From: Bugula neritina
Taxonomy: Eukaryota > Animalia > Bryozoa
DNA: 64,000 nt
NCBI GenBank assembly: GCA_964035545.1
Contig: OZ037768.1
Span: forward strand, 7,968,741 to 8,032,740
Direction: 5' to 3'
Shown: positions 27,734 through 49,850 of the stretch, in pieces
How positions within the stretch are numbered: position 1 is the first letter of the stretch
How the letters are laid out: each line of letters opens with the position of its first letter
Position numbers and translations under genes: made by a program
The notes under the pieces: model-generated
What the model saw: the letters and a program-made list of their open reading frames with translations, nothing else
The model's database searches: none
What the model was told of the DNA's origin: nothing

Positions 27734-30700
27734 ATGTCAGAGCTAGAAGCAATTGGTATTGCTGGTTCAAATTATTTGAGAGAGACTCTAACAAACTGTA
27801 GCGATCCACTAAAAGCTATAGAAGAATTCCAAGAGCAAAACAGCATCCTTTTGCCTTCCTTAAAACCTTCACTCCACTTTCTCGATCTTCATTTAATCAA
27901 TAGAGTAGATTTTAACACTACAGGTATTTACTGTATAAAACATATTGCCGACGTGTAGTTTAACCAGCTTAACAGATCTATATTCTGCCTATGTTGTTGT
28001 ACACATTGGATTGAAAAAAGTAGACCATATATATATTTATGAATTTTAGTTCTTTTGATTTTCATTAATTCGCTTTGCTTTTTGCTTACCTGTGTGAAAC
28101 TGCGGCTTGTACTAGTACAAGTGTGAAAGTTGTTATTTACTACAACCGATTTGTGTTTAAAGTTGTAGACGTTCTTCGAGATGCATTAATTAAACAGATC
28201 ACTGTTATCAACGAAACAGAAGATGAAACTCAAAAAACTAAGAAGTTATCTGAAATGCTTGATAAAAGTTTCCCTGTGATTAAAAATAAAAAACTTCAAC
28301 CAATCGCTATGCATATTATGAAGTTTTTACCTAAAATCAAACCCAAATATTTAACTCAGGTAATTCTTAAGTGTTTTGATGTTTATGCTGTGTGCTCAAA
28401 CCTTAATGTTTCTGTGCTTTACTCATTTGTTATGAACTTATTTACATAATCACAAACTTGATTTTTCACTCAGAAATCAAGTAAAGGCTGTACTCAGTTT
28501 TTGTCGACACAATATTTTTATAATGTGTTTTTGAACTGTAGAACTGTATTGTGCTGAATAATAACTTGCCTCAAATTTATGTAAGGAGTGTTAAATTAGA
28601 ATTTGCTCTGATACTGGTTAGCTGTTTGCTTAGCTTGAAAAGGAAAAGGAATTGTATAAAGCTGCTCCTACAGAAGCAAAGAGGCAGATTTGGCAAGGAA
28701 ACCAGGGACTGTTTGGAGACGAAGTATCACCAATACTCAATGCTTATATAAAGAACAAACAGTCCCTCTTGTTTGAACATAGAACTAGGAAGTCTTTCTT
28801 CAATCTATCACCAAAAGTACGAAGAAGTGACGAGCTGGTGAAACGTCTTGTAGATATGATTGGTCACAACATTGACCTATATGACATGACCCTACAGTTC
28901 CTCCGGACACTGTATCTGCGTACACGTAATGTGCAGTATTGTACTCTTAGGTAATGCTGCTTAAATGTCGCTGCAAGCAATCTACTAACTTCGTAATTCA
29001 TGAAAAGAGTGTTTCAAATGCCTGATAAACGATGTTTCAGTGCTTTTTTTTAATGATTTGTTGGTAGTTCTTTTTAATATTTGGTGGTTCCCTTAATTTT
29101 CCTTATGCTTTATATTAATTTTAATTAGTTTTCTGATTGTTATCGTATAACCTTTTGCTTACAAACGATTATCATCCACCAACATGTCATGCACTTGATT
29201 TCTAGGTCAGATATTTTAATGGCGCTACACGAGCATGAGGTGAATGACATATGCTCACTAGACCCCAGTCATAAGTTCACCTGGTGCCTGGATGCATGTG
29301 TCAGGGAGCACTATGTTGACAGCAAGCGTGCCAAGGAGCTGCAAGGCTTCCTTGATGGTATCAAAAAAGGGCAGGAAGAGGTTCTAAGGTGGGCAGCAGA
29401 CCTCTCTTGGTTGTCTTACTTAAAGATCTCAGGCTATTCAGTGTATTTATTCTCTTCAGGTTTACATCCTAAGTGATACTATTATTAGACTGATAGTTGA
29501 AACTCTTTTAGTAAATTTCCCTTCCACTTGCAGTGATCTGGCGATGGTGCTAGCTGACCCCTATGCTCTCCACACTTGCTGCCTAACACTAATCAAGCTC
29601 CTGCACAACTCCGTTACATCTGAATCTCTTCCTCGGGTACATCAATGTTTATGTAGTCTGTATACATTAGCTTTATTTTTCACTCTCACCTTGAAAAAAC
29701 TGCCATTACTTGCTACACTTCACTGTTTCTGAGCTATATTTGATTTTAATTCTGTATAGATGTATGATATGCAGCAAGAAACACACAAATCCACACATTT
29801 CATGTTCATGTGTTTAGGCTGAACTTAGTATATTAATGTAATACAACTAATCTAATAATGTTTTCTGGTTTGGTTACAGGATAATGGAGACTATGTACTG
29901 ATATTGCGAATGATACAGCTTGGATTAAATGCATGGAATATGATGGATAAATGTTCGTATAAAGAAGCTAAGGTATATTGCAGTACCTGCAGCTTATTTA
30001 CTAGACTTATAATTTTCCAACTATAACCAAATATAGAATAATATGCTTTGGATCATTGTCTCACTTCTAGGACAGGAATTGTTTTCTCTTACTAGATGTT
30101 TTAGCTGGAAACCCTCAAGTTTTGCTAAAATGCTTCCTAAGTGTAGCAAAATTGTATTGTAAAGTGGGCAAATTTAACTTACATTTTCTTTTAATACAAT
30201 GTTGTATTGCTTGAGAATATTTATATCTGTTGAGTAAAATATTTTGCCGGCCTTGGTACTCAAGCCTAAATTTGTAAAGTGAGATACTAATCATTTTACA
30301 GTGTAATTGGACAATTATATTTACATGATATTAAAATTTGATAGAGTGTAAGTGAATGTTTTTGTGCTATAAAATTGCTCGATTTTCATGTAATTTGTCC
30401 GATCTTTTACTCTTCTATCTACCTTTGCTTAAACAATGCATTTTATTGTTCCCCTTTAAGTAATCAAACATTTGTATACCTAAACACTGTACCTGTGTAA
30501 TTTATTACATTGCAAGTATTCAAATATTTATACACTTAGACACTGTACCTGCATATAGGCTATTGATTGCATTGCATACGTTTGTTGTTATCTCCCCTGT
30601 AGATGCAGCCTGCGCTGGTCATCCAGTTTCTACCAGATATAGAGTCGCTGATGGTGGATGAGCAGATTAGAAGTCATACTCAGAAGTTACCTGACACGCA

Positions 30701-33238
30701 GGTAGAGGCTGCCGAGGGTTTGCCATCGTCTCTCCTCACTATGGTCTCTGAAAGCGAGATTGCTGCCTATATTATGGTGTACTACGCTTCACATGGTGAG
30801 TACGTCTGTAAAATGTTCCGGGATTTTATATATTAGACTTTCAATAATTACTTATTGTTATACATTTTTTCTCTTTTGGCAATTATTTGTTGATCATTTC
30901 CAATAAATATATTGACTCAATCTGTAAATATTTGATAATATAGTTAATGGTGATTTGAAAGTCACTGGCCTTGTAATCAACATTGTAACTCTGGTGTGTT
31001 TTGTTGAGAATTTGACAATACTAGTAAATAGCTCTATAGTCTATATAGCCTAATTATGATTGTGTTTTCTTTTTAGTAGTATGAAAATGCAATATTTGAA
31101 AAAATAAGACTTAGTTTTATGCAATTAGCTAAGCCATATGCGTATTATTGGGTCACGAACTAATTTGCTGTTGTAGTCATCAACTCGAAGGAAGTATTGC
31201 TGTATGCCAATGTTCTGGAGGCCTTGAAGTGTGAGGGTGACGTGGCGTACTCTGACACTCTCCTACACTATATTGTCAATGATATGGCACAGCACATTGA
31301 GTCTATCATGGCCGCTAATAATCTAATATACATTGTCGACATGTTCTTCATGGTAAGTCATCATAGTGTGTATAGTAACAGACTAACAGCTGTGAGTGTC
31401 ACTATTGGTTTATGCAGTCATCTTGTCAAGAGTGGAGTTACTCTGAACTCAAGTGAACTGAAGTGTTTACCAGCTGAACAATTTACATTGAGTTGCTAAA
31501 AGTTACTTGCAGCTTTGATGTTTTATATTGTGTTTATGAGTATGTTGTACAACTGAAAATTTCATTTCCATGCGATCAGAAATCCCAAATTATTTCAGTA
31601 CATACTGGCACAAAATTCATTATAAAACGAAATTGTTTAGGCATCTAACCTTAAAACAGTATGTAAATGAAAACTAACATGTATAGCAATATTCTAGTAC
31701 TGCATAAGTAAAGCGTGTTAAGGGTTGTACTGTGCTTACACTGTAAGCTTTATATTGTATTCTGTTTGCACTATCAACACATTTCGTTTATATCATACTA
31801 AATGTGGATACGGTTGGGTTTTACTAAATATATTTATTATGATCACAGACTAAGATTTCAAGGGAGTCCATGACTCATCATCTTCTTCGCCTATTCTGGT
31901 TGATACAGAAAAAGATACCCTCTTTAGTCATGATCGAATTGCTCAGTAGAATCTCTGTGGAAGGGCAGGTAATTCCCATACTCAATACATTTGTTATTAG
32001 CAATAGTAATAGCGGAAATGCTATCCCTCAGGTCAAGAATGTTATTTTATTGTAAGCTGTTATGAGATGTTATTTCGTAGCTAATTAATATGTTTTTTTT
32101 TGTTTCCTGCATATGTTACATCTAGTTACTCAGCTCCAAAAGCAAGTTATAAGAGCAATATATTCTAAGTGTTATTTTGTTTATGTATATTCACTTATGT
32201 ATAGTATTATTATATATTGTAGGATGAGCTAGTGTGTTACATATATAGTATTATATGTTGTAGGATGAGTTAGTGTGTTACATGTATAGTATTATATGTT
32301 GTAGGATGAGTTAGTGTGTTACATGTATAGTATTATATGTTGTAGGATGAGTTAGTGTGTTACATGTATAGTATTATATATTATAGGATGAGTTAGTGTG
32401 TTACATGTATATATAGTATTATATATTGTAGGATGAGTTAGTGTGTTACATATATAGTATTATATATTGTAGGATGAGCTAGTGTGTTACATATATAGTA
32501 TTATATATTGTAGGATGAGTTAGTGTGTTACATGTATATATAGTATTATATATTGTAGGATGAGTTAGTGTGTTACATATATAGTATTATATATTGTAGG
32601 ATGAGCTAGTGTGTTACATATATAGTATTATATATTGTAGGATGAGCTAGTGTGTTACATATATAGTATTATATGTTGTAGGATGAGTTAGTGTGTTACA
32701 TATATAGTATTATATATTATAGGATGAGTTAGTGTGTTACATGTATAGTATTATATATTGTAGGATGAGCTAGTGTGTTACATGTATAGTATTATATATT
32801 GTAGGATGAGTTAGTGTGTTACATGTATAGTATTATATATTGTAGGATGAGTTAGTGTGTTACATGTATAGTATTATATATTGTAGGATGAGTTAGTGTG
32901 TTACATATATAGTATTATATGTTGTAGGATGAGTTAGTGTGTTACATGTATATATAGTATTATATATTATAGGATGAGCTAGTGTGTTACATGTATAGTA
33001 TTATATGTTGTAGGATGAGTTAGTGTGTTACATGTATATATAGTATTATATATTATAGGATGAGCTAGTGTGTTACATGTATATATAGTATTATATATTA
33101 TAGGATGAGCTAGTGTGTTACATGTATAAAACTCTGCAAGATTCGGCTGAACATTCAGAGTCAGAGACGCCGATGGCTGTTGATTTTGACAAGGAGTCGC
33201 CACTTTCTGTCGTCCCGATGCCTTCTAATGCCGATTAA
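27734..33238 (+). CDS. NELFB: Negative elongation factor B (NELF-B/COBRA1), 568 aa
   Basis: Exons 27734-27923,28163-28359,28634-28950,29206-29388,29534-29636,29880-29972,30603-30795,31177-31352,31849-31968,33104-33238 (1707 nt). Diagnostic motifs: LRETLTNCSDPLKAIEEFQ, KRQIWQGNQGLFGDEVSP, LQFLRTLYLRTRNVQYCTLR, DPSHKFTWCLDACVRE, ELQGFLDG. The C-terminal SPLSVVPMP resembles the NELF-B tail. Confidence 0.95.
32199..33127. repeat. 41/45-bp minisatellite, 22 copies, each containing the NELFB terminal 3' splice site plus the first 24 or so exon nucleotides
   Basis: Unit TATAGTATTATATATTGTAG|GATGAG(C/T)TAGTGTGTTACAT(G/A). 22 GGATGAG occurrences were counted between 32222 and 33109; the last copy runs into unique exon sequence. 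Confidence 0.95.
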
Positions 33239-33273
33239 TGCGTCATATTGAAAGTATGTGTATAGTGATAGGT

Positions 33274-33279
33274 TTTATT
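33274..33279 (-). terminator. Putative AATAAA polyadenylation signal of ENDOU
   Basis: TTTATT on the + strand, about 70 nt downstream of the ENDOU stop and within the 108-bp gap between the two convergent stop codons. Confidence 0.5.
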
Positions 33280-33346
33280 GTAAAACTGACAAAATATACA
33301 TATTAGTCAGGCTCTAGTTACACCTGTCTTTTTGACTTCGTGGTGT

Positions 33347-35906
33347 TCATGATACCATGGGGAAAGCTGTCGCTACTTGTATCCCCGATACGTGAGAGAC
33401 GTCGTAGGTTTGAATAGAGACTATATTGCCCTGGATCTGCGTGTTACACTGCCGCCCTGGTCTCGCCAACATACACAGCGTGTATAGCGCCATGTCAAAC
33501 TCCGGTGAAGTTCCTATGTTTACAATAGTTGGCATTATATCATACTGGTTTTGTAAAAGATACTTTTATTTTGCTATGTGATATGATACTAATGTAAAAG
33601 TTGCTATATAATTTTCTTACCGATAAACATGGATCCTCTGGCCTTGTACAGTCCATCCCAGTTGAATTTAGTGTCTATCAAACTGGGCTAAAATGTAATA
33701 TAATTTTATTTTACAATAAAAAGCATGAATAGCAAAGCTCAACAACCATTACTCCTTGCTATTTTGTATTGGATAGTTTTGCTTATATACAATCTGTAAT
33801 GCTGAAAAAATCAAAACTGTTACAATAACCTAAATTTGAGTATAGCTAGTTACTGAAATGGAATATGTGCTTTTGGAGGTGTTTTCTGCAATGTCACTTG
33901 ATTTAATTCACTTTCATGAGAAATTGGTATTTTGTGACATTAGATGTCGGATTGTTTTCTAAGATTGGATTCCACAGTAACCATTATCTCATCAGGTGTT
34001 GTATTCAAATTAAAATCAAATAGATATGTTATCAAATGTGTCGAACTGTTTCCACACTGAGTAAGAAGTATGCTATATAGAGTCGTCTCACCTCTGATTT
34101 AGCATTGTATCCTAAGTAGTCCAAGTTGCCACTCTTCTGAAGCAAATACATTTGCACCCAGCTGTGGAATCCATTGATCTTATCTGGTTTCTTTTCTCCA
34201 ACAAAGACGTGCTCAAACCCGCTGCTATCTGCGAACGTCATGGATGATCTTCGGCCATAGAAGGAAAACCACAAATCGTACAACACATCTTTCAGAGCAC
34301 CACGCTGTATCTTGCCTAACAAAACAGTGATTCATAAATGTAAATGAACCATCAACCATCATAACTTTATTCATGGATGTGGATACCTATATGCACTGAT
34401 TAGAATGTTGATTGCACTAATTACGTCCCTATTACCTCAAGTCAACATACCTTTACTTTCAAGGAGGTTGTTTACATGACTCATAACCTGGGAGGAGGCG
34501 ACATGATCCAGGAAAGCTTCGGTTTCTGCAAGTTCTGCACTTGTCAGGTTGGGCTCTCTCTGGTCATTGAGTGGATTGTAATTATTCAACAAGGCTATGA
34601 ACAAAGCATAGCTCGACTGACTCAGCTTTCTCTCATCAACATAGGAGAACAATCTGGATAAAAAGACATCAGCAGGAAGACATTAGTGCTGTTGAGATAA
34701 TTTACCCAATCTGCATGCTTTAACAAATTCAAACATGATTCTTAGCTTACTCATCCCCATCTGCGTTGATGGCTATCTTGGAGTCAGTGTATCGTAGGTG
34801 GTCGGATTCCCAAAGAATATTGCCAATGCCCAAAAGTTCTGTATCTGTTATTTCATTTTCTTCACCACTTCCAGATTCTATTTTAAACATTCATCACTTA
34901 ACTCATGGTGTGAAAAAAAACACATGTCGAATTTGTAGAAAAAATTGATAGTTTTTAGCAATAAATAAAAACAACTTGGGCTCACCACAAGTTACGTCAT
35001 AGTCGTCGCAGCAGTCATCATACTGTCGACAGTGTGGGTTACACTGACATGTGTGAGCAGTTGAGAAATCATCTCCACATCGACCTGTGCAACTTTCTCC
35101 TACAGAAAGTTAAAAAATTCAAGTTCAAATTCCAAATCAGAACTCATGATAATGAGGATGGCGAAAACCATGAGCATGAGTAAATGCTAGCAGCATCATA
35201 GAAGAATAGTAGTGAATGAAAATGTTTGTATAATAAAATGTGATAACTTTAACGATGTGACACAAGACAAGCAGAACAAAGTAACAGTAGCAGTGTTCAA
35301 CATTTCAGTTAAATAAATTGAGTGATTTATTCTTATTGTTCTGTAAAAAATCAATTTAGTATAACTTTCAAGTACACCTCACCATTTCACCAAAAAGACG
35401 GGTGGCTGCTCAATTTAATGTGTTTCACTGCAAAACTCTCAAACTTCATATTATCTTTCGGTAAATATTTTTATACTTTGATTTCTGTCTAATGACACCA
35501 GTCTAAATGATGGACTAGTAGTTCTATCCCCCTCCTATTTGGCGCATGTATAAGCTTGATAATTTTTAGCTGACAAGTTTCAACCCAGATATAGATGCTG
35601 TGTAACTTACGGAGGCATACTGCTTGATAGTCGCTGCAACAATCTCCAACCCTCATACAAGCATCATTGCATTGGCATGGTTGGGAGGGTGAGAAGCTTC
35701 CCCCACAACGGCCAACACAGCTTTCTGTAACACAAACTATATATGACATGTATGCAATGCAATGCATGCTCTATGATGCTTGTAAAAAGTTAATAAAACA
35801 AATCAATTTATACAAGATACTGTGATCAGAGCTACCTACCTGCTTGTATAGTATTAGCCCAGCACAGCATTAGCATTACGCTAAATAGAACTGAATTTAT
35901 CTTCAT
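33347..35906 (-). CDS. ENDOU: Secreted poly(U)-specific endoribonuclease (EndoU/XendoU family) with signal peptide and two somatomedin-B domains, 360 aa
   Basis: Minus-strand exons 35840-35906,35611-35724,34986-35099,34751-34877,34451-34653,34092-34315,33621-33687,33347-33513 (1083 nt). Signal peptide MKINSVLFSVMLMLCWANTIQA; SMB domains SCVGRCG..CQCNDAC..GDCCSDY and SCTGRCG..CQCNPHC..DDCCDDY; catalytic motifs SSGFEHVFVGE, GFHSW and K..GSMFIGTSPEFDMALYT. Confidence 0.95.
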
Positions 35907-38711
35907 CTAAAAAGATAAAATTAAAGAAAATACCTCTAACATCTACAATGTTACTTTCGCAAAGCAATAATATGGGTAGATGTTTTTCCTTCAAAGTTGA
36001 AATTCCCTTTTGCAAACATATTTTTGCGCAAATGTTTCATTTTTCAAAATGTATATTGTCGTTTTTATAGCTACTTTATATGAAACTGTAGAAAAAGAAA
36101 AACCTTCTAAATTTTATAATTTTCAAACTCCCTTTACTCACACTGATTGATGATTGTTCTCAGAAAACGGAGAAAATTTCTAAAGGCAGCTTCTCTCCTG
36201 CTTTTCTTCCCTCCTAATTTTTACAAAGCAATGCCCAGTTATTGACTTTCATCAAGTTATAAGAGCTTACACATCTGTGAAATTCACAGCTCAATACGTT
36301 CAAATAAATTAATTTAGTTTGAATTTTCAGTTATCTTTAAGCTGTTAAGAGCTAGTTTTATGCAGTGTATAATGTATATAACTTAATGTAAGTCCTTACA
36401 TGATATACTTATCTTGTGCTGAACACACAGCTGTAAAGTTTTATGAGCTTTTTCATTTAAATTTGCAAATTGATATGAAAACGTCTCATTGTTTTGTTAT
36501 ATGGCTGTCCGGTACATCAATAAGTGATAATATTACATAGTTGAATATAATAAATGGTATAATTGTAACTATTTACTGTAAATGATAGATACTCTGCACA
36601 TGTAAATATGAACCGTAAGATTACCCATGTGTCACAGTAGTAGCCAACAGAGTCGGTTTTAGAAACAATTAAGACTACCATTTTTTGCTCAATACTTAAC
36701 ATAGAGTTATTGTAATTTTGTATTGTATGAATAATTATAATTGAAAAGTACAGAATAAAATATATTTTGACCTGTTGTATTGTTGAATTGATTACAGGCC
36801 TACTGCCCCCAGCAAAAGTATAAAATATTGTATTTATATTTTAAAAGTGCTAGAGTTTGAGCTACATATCTCTTATTCACATACTGTACTCACCTCTGCA
36901 AAGCTTCTTGTCTGAAGTATCTAGTTAGTTGTGAGTGACTAGCACAACATACACTTCAGTCAAGGAACTTATAGTGTTGAAAACATTACCTGAGGTTAGG
37001 TTATTGGTCGCCTAAATGTACTCAAAAACTGGCCAACTTGCAACATCTGCCACTTATTAGTCACATGCATTATGTTTGAGACTAAAATAATTAATGAATA
37101 AATTTTTTCCCGATTTCCTATTCACTTTTTGAATCATATAAGGCTGAAACCTCCTACACAAAATGTGATTAATTAATAGTGTTTCAGCTTTGCCAGTGCC
37201 ATGCACACTCGTCCTGGAGCCCACTTCATACCATATGAACTTGTGTCCACTGCACACCATGTACTAACCACCACGTGACCTTGCAATGTTTTTGCTAAGT
37301 ATTCTAGAGAGAGCCGATGATGCTATTTTTAGCGCACCCATCTTGGTGGAATTTTAGTTGTGCTTATTGTATGCCCATGAAGCACTGTGCCACTGTTGCT
37401 TAGCTGCATAGTGCATCCTTTTAGCATTAAAAAATTGAACTGCAATTTCTGATATAAAACTAAATTTTGTTGCTATGCATAGACGTTTACAATACATGTT
37501 CTCAATTACTAAATATGCAGCATACAATAACACACTTGCATGCATCACCTTTAACTATGGCAATCTCTGCGTGAATGTATATTGTGCATTGATATGTACA
37601 TAATATTATACAATTATTGAAAGCTTCATTTATATACATGTACTGAACTGATAAGTATTGCATTCACTGCTCTATAACCAAAGATTCACCTATCTAATTA
37701 TCAATTGCGCTTCCTTATTTGGAGTTATAGTTAGGTGTCTGTGCGTTTGTTACTACGCAGGCAGTACAACTGCATTTTTAGCATCTTTATATAATGATAT
37801 CTAGCCTAACACTGTACAAATATAGCAACTAATCATTTGTTCTTCAAGTTTGGTTAATCCAGCTGAGAGTATTCTTACTGCAAACTCCAATATCAAGTGT
37901 TATTCAAGGTATAGTGTTACCTCCACCAACACTTGAGCTTTGTAAGGTATGTACAGTAATAATATCTTTGTATTGTAAAACTAACCATTAGCAGTATCTG
38001 AATAGCAAGATAAACAAAATATAGCTTTCTAGTTTTGTGAGCAGCGTGCTGTTGTATAACATGAATGCAGCCAGTCAGCTACCTGTAGTTGTGTGACAAC
38101 AGTTATAGCACATTCTAGTTTCATTGTTGGTGTTGACTCTATTACCACTTTTCATTCTTCTTCTGCACCCAGTAGCTTTGATCCTTTGACAAAGATTGTT
38201 GATGAAAGATCAATTTGTTTTTTATGACTACTATTGAACAAAGAGCAAATAATCATCAGCTATGCCCAGCTAGTATTAATTGAGTGAGCATAATACTATA
38301 ATGAGCTGGCAGCTGAAAGACTCCTGTGGGACAGCACGCTGACATACCTTGAGTAGAATAGCAACAGTAAGAGGGCCTTTATAGCAGGTCTGTTAGTAAG
38401 CGGATTAGTTAGAAAGAAGCTCTTCTACTGTTTGGCTGTGAGGTAGAGTTAACATTCAACTAGATAGTTGCAAAGTCACTAGCATAAATGCATCACGGTT
38501 TATTCTTTATATTATTTTGTTGTGTTAGATATGCTAGTTTATAATTTTGTTTTGGTAGCGGCTCTATAGGATAACACAGGAATATCGCAAGTCTAAGTGA
38601 AGGCAAGGAAAGTTTGGATTGTATGAGCTAGAGAACAGGGTCTATCAGCTATTGAAGAGTAACACTAGACTATCCAGCCATCAAATACATGAGGATATTG
38701 GAAACTTGTAG

Positions 38712-46137
<7,426 letters not shown>

Positions 46138-46626
46138 TAAAACTGGAGACAAAGATCATAATTTGTAAAAAGGCAAGGCAAGAGTGTTTGCGGGTGGCTC
46201 ATTCCTTTAGGCTTACCCACAGAAAACTAACTGGTTTCATGACAATAAATATACAACTTGCATGCCGATTGCTACTTACAAATTTAACCGGCTTGTGCTT
46301 ACCTCTAATTTGCTACCCTTTGCAACATTATCGCTATGCGCTAGGCTTTCAAACCCTTTTTTAACTAATAAATCAATTAAACATTACCGTTACTTATTAT
46401 AACTCTATGCTTTGTTACTAAACAAATTTTTAAATTTTAGAATATGTGCCATGAAATATTTAGTAAAATTTCAACCAGGCCAAGCAGGGGTAAACAAACA
46501 GGTTGCATGTCTGTGCTGATACTTTTTGCATGTGCTATTCATAAACTGTGTTTGCAGTAGTGTTGAATGACTATTGCTTGACAATTTAATTGCAATATCA
46601 TATAAATAAAAAATGTTATCTTTTAG

Positions 46627-46758
46627 ATAATTCAGGAAAGAGCTGATGTCAAAGCTTTGCGTCTTCTAATCACACGTCTTAAGCAAACTTTACAAGATTT
46701 TTCTTTGAGAATATTAGTGCTGGAGGAAAAGATTTTTGAATACGAATGTGCAGTTTAA
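46627..46758 (+). CDS. coro: Candidate alternative terminal exon of coronin (second coiled coil)
   Basis: A phase-0 acceptor TTTTAG is followed by an open frame IIQERADVKALRLLITRLKQTLQDFSLRILVLEEKIFEYECAV*, with a heptad pattern and an RILVLE motif. It has its own downstream AATAAA near 47059. Confidence 0.7.
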   Translation: MIQERADVKALRLLITRLKQTLQDFSLRILVLEEKIFEYECAV

Positions 46759-47518
46759 GAGTAACAGTTTGCCAATAACTAAAGACTTAAATGCAGCTTC
46801 AGAAATCTGCCACTATGCCACAAGGAAAATTGTAAATTGTAAATATTAGAAATAGTCAGGAGTCAAAGTGGTTCTCTTTTGTCAAAATAGTGATATAATA
46901 AGTCAATATTCTTTTATATTTTGTTAGAATAGTAAAATATTATATAACATTATTTATTGTGACTTCAAGTCCACAGTTTTGTATTGCAATAATTACTACT
47001 CCTACAGTTTTACAAAGTCTTTTTAAATTTTTTATTACTAATTATAAAATTTGCCATTAATAAAGGTATCATTTACAGACTTTGCTTTCTTTCCTTAGAG
47101 TTTATAGGTTTAAGATATGATCAAATTACAAGGTCCCCAGGCAACAGTGGCGGTGGTTTTGCATATTTGCTAAATATGCTATACATCAGGACTTTTTAGT
47201 TTTCATTTTTAATCAATTGCAAACAGCAATTGTATTGCTTAGCATAAGGGGTTGGTGTAAAAAGTTGTTTCCTCGGCTTGGCTAAATGTTAGCTCAAACT
47301 CTGATCTTGATCTGCAAAATGAGTAAGGACTCCAGGCCAGGGTTCTCGTCTAGTGATAATAGTCAGTTCTTGCTTCTAGGATTCACAGTACACATTAAAA
47401 CAAGTTTTTTATTTATGAATTTTAAATCTATCTTTGTCAGCTGCACTCAAATGCTTTCCTCAGCTATATGCACTATTCATGCACTTCTCTATGCAATATA
47501 TCATTACAATATGTAAAG

Positions 47519-48017
<499 letters not shown>

Positions 48018-48339
48018 ATTATTATAAGATGTTTCCATTCATAGTCCTCACACAAACTACGCCTGATATACACTACTATGTAACAGTGTTGAGGTAACTA
48101 AATTAATTTACTTTCTAGTTGTGCTCTATACATCCCATATGAGAATAAATTGTAATAAAGCTGTCATTACTGAAAAGAAGACAACTCTCAATATACAAAG
48201 CAGCATTCCACTGCACTTAGAGAGTTCATACTAAGCCAAATGCACACGAGTAAATATGGAAAGTTATATGGTAGACACTTGTAATAGCATATGTGGCGGC
48301 TAGTGCAGTGAGTAGCTTAACTGAAAATGTACATACACT

Positions 48340-49203
48340 AATAGTGGAGCATTGTTTGTAGTCTGATGAAGTTACCTAAAAAGTAACACAAATTTATTTT
48401 CATGCATTTTTTGGTATCAAGTTTGGCCTAACCACATGTATTTTTGTGTTTAAAATAGATATTGAAATACATTTTGTAAAACTTAAATTTGCAGGTTGTG
48501 ATAGTTTATTAAATATTTAAAACAAAACAAGGTGGCTGCAGCTTATGTAAATTACATTCAATAAATATTGCCTAATAATTGAATTAGGTATATAGTAATA
48601 AGCAACATTTAGTGTATGATATATTACAGCATGGTTCTATAGGCATACAAAAGTATAATATAATGCATTATTTATAAAGTGTAAATAATTTTTAATGCTA
48701 TTTTTTTGGATTATTCCCGGGATTTTGCAGTGCACAATATATCATGTTAGGATTAATAATTTAATGCCTTTCAATGAAAGAAGAAGTTTTTGACTGTAAA
48801 TGACATTAACTTTAAATAATTCTCATTAATAGCAGTTAATGAAGTCTTTTTAATAGCCATTGTTGGCACTGAATAGTTATAAATAATATTGTTAGTCTGA
48901 TTGTTTAACATACAAAGTATTACCAGAATAATGACCTAAATATTAGTTTCCTCTTTTTCGGTTTAAAAGGCTGTATAATACTAAATATTGGGTTGCTGAG
49001 CTTGCCTAATTATTTTTAATCCTCTGGCAGGACAATACAAATAGAACAACCACTTTAATATTGTACAGGTAAAGTAGTTTATCCAGTAACCATATTATTC
49101 ACACAATTTGCAAAAAAAATAATACAATCATCATGATCATATACATAGTGCTTAGCAAGTTTTATTCCACACACACAGAAATAGAGAGGAATGGTATGCC
49201 AAA
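48340..49203 (+). repeat. Copy 1 of a roughly 860-bp non-coding segmental duplication upstream of ADAM gene 1 (putative promoter and 5'UTR exon)
   Basis: Colinear with 56650-57530. Shared blocks include AAGTTACCTAAAAAGTAA, GCATACAAAAGTATAATA, GGCAGGACAATACAAAT, ATTGTACAG|GTAAAGTA and CATGATCATATACATAGTGCTTAGCAAGTT. Confidence 0.85.
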
Positions 49204-49850
49204 GGGTTCATAGATGTGGCATATTCTGTAGCAACTATATAGTGCTTCTGTAGTTGGAATGCAGATTTTTAGAATGGTATTTGAAAAAATTAGATTCAAA
49301 AAGTTAAAATTAAACTAAAGTTTTAAGAACATAGTATTAGCACTATATTTTTTGTGGGCCAAGTTCATATTTATTAGGTTAAAAAAATAGTATCAAGCTT
49401 TCTTAGTTGTTAATTAAAAAAGAAATTGGTTTATGATTGTGCAATCAAAACTTGAGCAATTCCAGTTAATACAGTTTTTCACATAAATGATCAATCATTT
49501 TTTTTTTGTAATTTAATGCTGTACTCATGTTGCGAACTCTGTATACAAATGAACCAACAATCAGTAAAATATAGATCAGTTGATTGCCACCACTTTACCT
49601 ATATGTTATATTAAAGATATATGAACCTGTAGTTGTTATGAATAAACTGCTTTTGCAAATTTTTCTGACAACTTCCTGCAAGTCATAAATGAATAAATAA
49701 ATTGACTTGTACATACGTCTTCATAGATTAATATGTTTTAGGTTTCAGGCTTATTAGATATTTCTAATTGAAACAACAAATCTGAGATCCTATTTCTTTA
49801 TATTTTAGGTTACTTTCTCAAACTATGTGGAGCTCAATTTGGCTGATATA

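Noticed and set aside
32199-33127. CRISPR-like array or microexon array
   Set aside because: There are no unique spacers and the context is eukaryotic. Using the internal GTATAG as a donor gives introns of about 20 nt or out-of-frame joins.
46741-46758. CaaX prenylation motif at the end of coronin exon B
   Set aside because: The Cys is third from the end (ECAV), not fourth.
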